From IMG/VR virus record IMGVR_UViG_3300042402_007133: a DNA stretch of 20,000 nt. One strand, given 5' to 3'. The stretch comes from an uncultured virus (IMG/VR IMGVR_UViG_3300042402_007133). Its lineage: Duplodnaviria; Heunggongvirae; Uroviricota; Caudoviricetes. The notes below the pieces were generated by a model. It saw only the letters and a program-made list of their open reading frames with translations, was not told the DNA's origin and made no database searches. Both the position numbers and the translations under genes were made by a program. Shown here one piece after another: positions 16,691 to 20,000 of this stretch (within the stretch, counting starts at the first letter, position 1; each line of letters starts with the position of its first letter).

Positions 16691-17356
16691 ATGATTGTGC
16701 TAAACGATAAATTCAAAAGAATATACTGCATAAACCTTGATAGACGAACTGATAGATGGCAAGAGTCATCTGATCTCTTCAGGAGGTTTGGTATCACAGT
16801 AGAACGTGTTTCTGGGATAGAGGATGAAATTCCATGGAACGGGCTTCGCATGACTGTGATAGGGATATTCAAACAGGCAATAGAAGAAAATGCAGATACC
16901 ATCCTCATATTTGAGGATGATGTGGATTGGTCAGATGACTTCAATGAAAGGTTTGAACAGTGCTGGAATGTTCTCCCAGATGATTGGGACATGTTTTACT
17001 TTTCAGCAGCACACCAATATTGGCCTCCAAAATACAATGAGCTTCTGTTTAGACTAACATGGTCTACTGCTGCACACGCAATAGGATTTAGAAGAAAGTG
17101 CTTTGAAGAAGTTCTATATGACCTTGAAAACAACATGGATGCAATAGATGTGATATACTCAAGGCTGCAACCAAGGCTAAATGCTTACTGTTGCATTGAT
17201 CCAATAGCATGGCAGAGAAGAAGCTACAGCGACATAGAAGGGCAGGAAAAGTGGTATCCTTATCTCAAGGACATTGGATTCTATTCAAAATACATGTCAG
17301 GGCTGGTCACGATCGATGGCAAAGAAGTTCAACCTCCTTCTGAAGAAAATCAATGA
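16691..17356 (+). CDS. Glycosyltransferase family 25
   Basis: IYCINLDRRTDRW, ERVSGI, ILIFEDDV, LPDDWDMFYF, AHAI, AIDV. Confidence 0.88.
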   Translation: MIVLNDKFKRIYCINLDRRTDRWQESSDLFRRFGITVERVSGIEDEIPWNGLRMTVIGIFKQAIEENADTILIFEDDVDWSDDFNERFEQCWNVLPDDWDMFYFSAAHQYWPPKYNELLFRLTWSTAAHAIGFRRKCFEEVLYDLENNMDAIDVIYSRLQPRLNAYCCIDPIAWQRRSYSDIEGQEKWYPYLKDIGFYSKYMSGLVTIDGKEVQPPSEENQ

Positions 17357-18245
17357 ATTTCTGTCTGGTGCATTTTGGCCCCCAGCCAAGCATCTTCATC
17401 TTTGAACTGTCTATTGCATAACGAAAATCATGGCCTAACCTGTCGGTGACAAACTTGATCTTGTGATCCCCTGGTATCATTGATCTGATCTGTTCAACAA
17501 GGTCTATGTTTCTCCATTCGTTGTTTGCGCCGATGTTGTAGATGTTTTTAGGATCTCCATATTCTAAAAGAAAGACTAGTGCATCGACGTGGTCCTCTAC
17601 CCAGATCCAGTCTCTTATATTTTCACCCTTTCCATATATTGGGATCTCTAGGCCATTCATGCATGATCTGACTATCGTAGGTATGAGTTTTTCTCCGTGT
17701 TGACGATGTCCAAAGTTGTTTGAACACCGTGTAACTATTGCGTTTATTCCATACGTCTCAATGTAACTCATGACAAAAAGATCTGCAGCAGCCTTGCTGC
17801 TTGCGTATGGCGACCTCGGTCTTACTTTATCTCCTTCAATGAATCCTCTTTGATCCTTTGTCAAGTGCCCATACACTTCATCAGTCGATATCTGGAAGAA
17901 TCTGCATCCAGACTTTCTGACGTATTCCAATAGGTTCAGTGTGCCTTCAACATTGGATTCAACGAAAGGCCTTGGGTCCTTTATTGAGTTGTCAACGTGG
18001 CTCTCTGCTGCGAGATTGAATATAACATCTGGCTTCCAGTTTTCTATCTTAAAGGTGCACTCATCTGACTGTATCTTCACCTTTGAATATGCAAATTTCT
18101 TGTTCTCTCTTGCACTTTCAAGATTGCTTAGATTTGCTGCATAGGTTTCTGAGTCTATGCCCAACACATGGTGTCCGTCCTTTAGTAGTCTGTCTACAAG
18201 GTGTGAACCTATGAAACCTGCTGCGCCAGTTACCGCTATTCTCAT
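17307..18245 (-). CDS. rmlB: dTDP-glucose 4,6-dehydratase
   Basis: GAAGFIG, LAAESHVDNSI, ISTDEVYG, SPYASSK, TRCSNNFG, EKLIP, RDWIWVEDH, DRLGHDFRY. Confidence 0.96.
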   Translation of the reverse strand: MRIAVTGAAGFIGSHLVDRLLKDGHHVLGIDSETYAANLSNLESARENKKFAYSKVKIQSDECTFKIENWKPDVIFNLAAESHVDNSIKDPRPFVESNVEGTLNLLEYVRKSGCRFFQISTDEVYGHLTKDQRGFIEGDKVRPRSPYASSKAAADLFVMSYIETYGINAIVTRCSNNFGHRQHGEKLIPTIVRSCMNGLEIPIYGKGENIRDWIWVEDHVDALVFLLEYGDPKNIYNIGANNEWRNIDLVEQIRSMIPGDHKIKFVTDRLGHDFRYAIDSSKMKMLGWGPKCTRQKFIDFLQKEVELLCHRS

Positions 18246-18256
18246 AAATCTGTTCC

Positions 18257-19027
18257 CTATCTTTTCTTTGATCTTTGTTTTTGAAATTCTGACGTATGTG
18301 AGTTTATCTTATTAGTTACTGCTTCCGTCGCCTTACTGCTTATGACATAGTTTGTTGCCACCTTACCCGTCACTTTAACTAGGGTTTCTTCTGCCTCACC
18401 TGAACCTGCTTTTGCACCGATCTTTTGTGGATTTACTCTTGCCAATATATTCAACGCCTTTTCTATGTAAACCGGTATGGTCTTTGTGAAAAAATTTTTG
18501 AACCAAACAGATGCGTCGTTGATTCCTATTTTTTTTCCAAACCAGTCTATGCAGTCATTGAATGCCCTTTGACTTATCAATTTATCATACAACAATTTGA
18601 TATTGTCCTTTATCCTTTTTAGACCGCTCTGAAGCAGAACTATGTCAGACATCAATTCTTTTACTGCAGTGGCATTGACAAGTTTTGAGGATAGGGTTTT
18701 GAATACCTTATTCAGGATGATATTCATCTTTGAAATAATGTTCAACGGATCGAACGCAGCAAATCCTTGTATTATTCCACATATCATTAGATAAATCTTA
18801 TCCCATTCATCATCTGCGTAATAAAATTCTATGAAATATGACATCATGTTGACCACGTCTATTGCCGCTCCTGATCCAGGAACGACAAAATCCGCCACTC
18901 CTGCAGCCAAATCCCCGGCAAGGTGCAAGGCATCTCCCCAAGAATCTGCTATTCCATCAAATATTCCTTCATTGAGGCTTAGAGATTCGTTCAACCTCCA
19001 TTGATCATATGACAATACATTTTGCAT
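18257..19027 (-). CDS. Hypothetical protein with N-terminal SYDQWRLNESLSLNE peptide and Gly/Ala-rich PT-TG-like helical segment
   Basis: 256-aa ORF; segment HLAGDLAAGVADFVVPGSGAAIDVVNMMSYFIE; TGATG coupling with the upstream gene. Confidence 0.75.
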   Translation of the reverse strand: MQNVLSYDQWRLNESLSLNEGIFDGIADSWGDALHLAGDLAAGVADFVVPGSGAAIDVVNMMSYFIEFYYADDEWDKIYLMICGIIQGFAAFDPLNIISKMNIILNKVFKTLSSKLVNATAVKELMSDIVLLQSGLKRIKDNIKLLYDKLISQRAFNDCIDWFGKKIGINDASVWFKNFFTKTIPVYIEKALNILARVNPQKIGAKAGSGEAEETLVKVTGKVATNYVISSKATEAVTNKINSHTSEFQKQRSKKR

Positions 19028-19371
19028 CAGACGTATTTTTTGAAGTATTGTACGATATCATCTGCCGTCTTTATCTCTTCATCATCTATCTTCTTCTTTA
19101 TCGATGAACGTACTTCTCCCAAAGATACATCACTTAGATTCAGTTTCTCTATCCTTTTTATGGTTCCATCCACTAATTCTTTTAGATATTCCTTTGTCAT
19201 CTCCTCGTTCTTCGTCTTCTCTCCTATATTTCTGGCTATCTTGTTTATTAGAGCCTTTAAGCCCTTCCAACCAAGTATTCCTAGTATTACACCTATCTGT
19301 AATGCTAACACAGAAACCTCTTCGTTCATCCTATCAGATTTCCAGTCGTGAAATGTGTTTATGGTTCTCAT
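19027..19371 (-). CDS. Hypothetical single-TM protein with N-terminal MRTINTFHDWKSDRMNEE peptide
   Basis: Start moved from 19449 to ATG 19371, 14 nt after the promoter motif; hydrophobic VSVLALQIGVILGILGW segment. Confidence 0.7.
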   Translation of the reverse strand: MRTINTFHDWKSDRMNEEVSVLALQIGVILGILGWKGLKALINKIARNIGEKTKNEEMTKEYLKELVDGTIKRIEKLNLSDVSLGEVRSSIKKKIDDEEIKTADDIVQYFKKYV

Positions 19372-19385
19372 GACGTTATTTATTG

Positions 19386-19396
19386 GTCTATATATC
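19386..19396 (-). promoter_or_regulatory. Putative phage late promoter GATATATAGAC
   Basis: Plus strand reads GTCTATATATC, the exact reverse complement of the 2116 copy. Confidence 0.6.
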
Positions 19397-19479
19397 ATGG
19401 GTTTAACAATTTGACCAACAAGTAATACAATAATGTACACCAGAGTCATAATGACTCATAAACTATACACAAAACAAAA

Positions 19480-20000
19480 ATGAAAATACTTGTAACAGGT
19501 GGAGCCGGATTCATAGGGTCACACATCGTCGATGCGTACATAAAAGAAGGCCATGATGTGACAGTGATCGATAACCTTTCGACAGGAAAGATAGAAAATG
19601 TAAACACCGAACGCTGCCATTTTATCGATGCAGACATTCGAAACGCAGAGGAAATGAAAAGGCTGATGATTCTATATGGGCCATTTGATGTCGTGAATCA
19701 TCAGGCAGCACAGATGTCGGTTTCCGATTCGGTTCGTAACCCACATATGGACATCGAGATAAACATAATGGGAACCGTTAATGTTCTTAAAACGTTTGGA
19801 TCGCAGTGCAAAAAGTTCATATTTGCATCCAGCGGAGGAACGGTGTACGGAGAACACGGTTCTCCGAGAGTTGAACGAGATCCACTCGAACCGGTTTCGC
19901 CGTACGGAATATCCAAGCTTGCATGCGAAAAGTATGTACACATGTATTCTAAAACCTTTGGTTTTGATTACGTCATATTCAGGTATTCAAATGTATACGG
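19480..20000 (+). CDS. NAD-dependent epimerase/dehydratase, UDP-glucose 4-epimerase (GalE)-like; 3'-truncated
   Basis: Absent from the ORF track because it has no stop in the window. Hand translation: MKILVTGGAGFIGSHIVDAY...VIDNLSTG...HQAAQMSV...FASSGGTVYG...SPYGISK...RYSNVY. Confidence 0.92.
   Translation, partial: MKILVTGGAGFIGSHIVDAYIKEGHDVTVIDNLSTGKIENVNTERCHFIDADIRNAEEMKRLMILYGPFDVVNHQAAQMSVSDSVRNPHMDIEINIMGTVNVLKTFGSQCKKFIFASSGGTVYGEHGSPRVERDPLEPVSPYGISKLACEKYVHMYSKTFGFDYVIFRYSNVY

Noticed and set aside
2957..18245. Ordinary bacterial O-antigen/capsule locus
   Set aside because: The rml genes are dispersed on both strands among phage-like genes, with no flippase, polymerase, chain-length regulator or exporter. 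A cellular origin is not formally excluded without flanking sequence.
19411..19440. Sigma70-type promoter (TTGACC at 19411) for the GalE-like gene
   Set aside because: No convincing -10 hexamer at 16-18 nt spacing.
2088..19449. Longest-ORF starts at 2088, 7957, 9465, 15854 and 19449
   Set aside because: They overlap upstream genes or promoter motifs, or use a weak start. Downstream ATGs (2142, 7984, 9504, 15911, 19371) fit paralogue alignment, SD or the shared N-terminal peptide better.
248..19943. Many short antisense or alternative-frame ORFs in the track (e.g. 683-1009, 3154-3519, 9374-9811, 16189-16587, 19446-19943)
   Set aside because: They are shadows of well-supported genes on the opposite strand or frame and have no recognisable motifs.
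1..20000. Stop-codon recoding (TAG/TGA), as in some jumbo phages
   Set aside because: Recognisable enzymes are full length in code 11, coding density is high, and TAA, TGA and TAG all end genes at sensible positions.
1..20000. CRISPR array, tRNA/rRNA, IS element, intron or intein
   Set aside because: I saw no regularly spaced repeats, cloverleafs, transposase or splicing motifs, and intergenic gaps are mostly too short. This was a visual scan only.

Overview
AT-rich, gene-dense window with about 30 CDSs in standard code 11. It most likely comes from a jumbo (T4-like, large-headed) bacteriophage, possibly with a Bacteroidota host; this is an inference, as no capsid, terminase or polymerase gene lies in the window. 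Contents: (i) a PAS histidine kinase / single-domain response regulator / membrane coiled-coil cassette; (ii) a large but scattered glycan-building set: rmlA, rmlB, rmlC, a GalE-like epimerase, a DegT aminotransferase, a PseH-like GNAT fused to a DUF1289-like Cys4 domain, two methyltransferases and up to seven glycosyltransferase-like genes, three of them paralogues of a family I do not recognise; (iii) accessory enzymes: an exported NucA-type nuclease, a signal-peptide lytic transglycosylase, a GMP reductase/IMPDH-family enzyme, a flavodoxin-fold reductase and an ankyrin protein; (iv) several unrelated proteins sharing an N-terminal '(F/Y)xx(F/W)...NE' peptide resembling the T4 capsid-targeting/prohead-protease signal. 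A motif RATATATAGA occurs four times (2116, 9867, 15166 and 19396 on the minus strand), each time just upstream of a gene on the same strand; three of those genes carry the N-terminal peptide, so it is a candidate late promoter. The leader of the transglycosylase gene can form two mutually exclusive hairpins, one of which buries its Shine-Dalgarno sequence.
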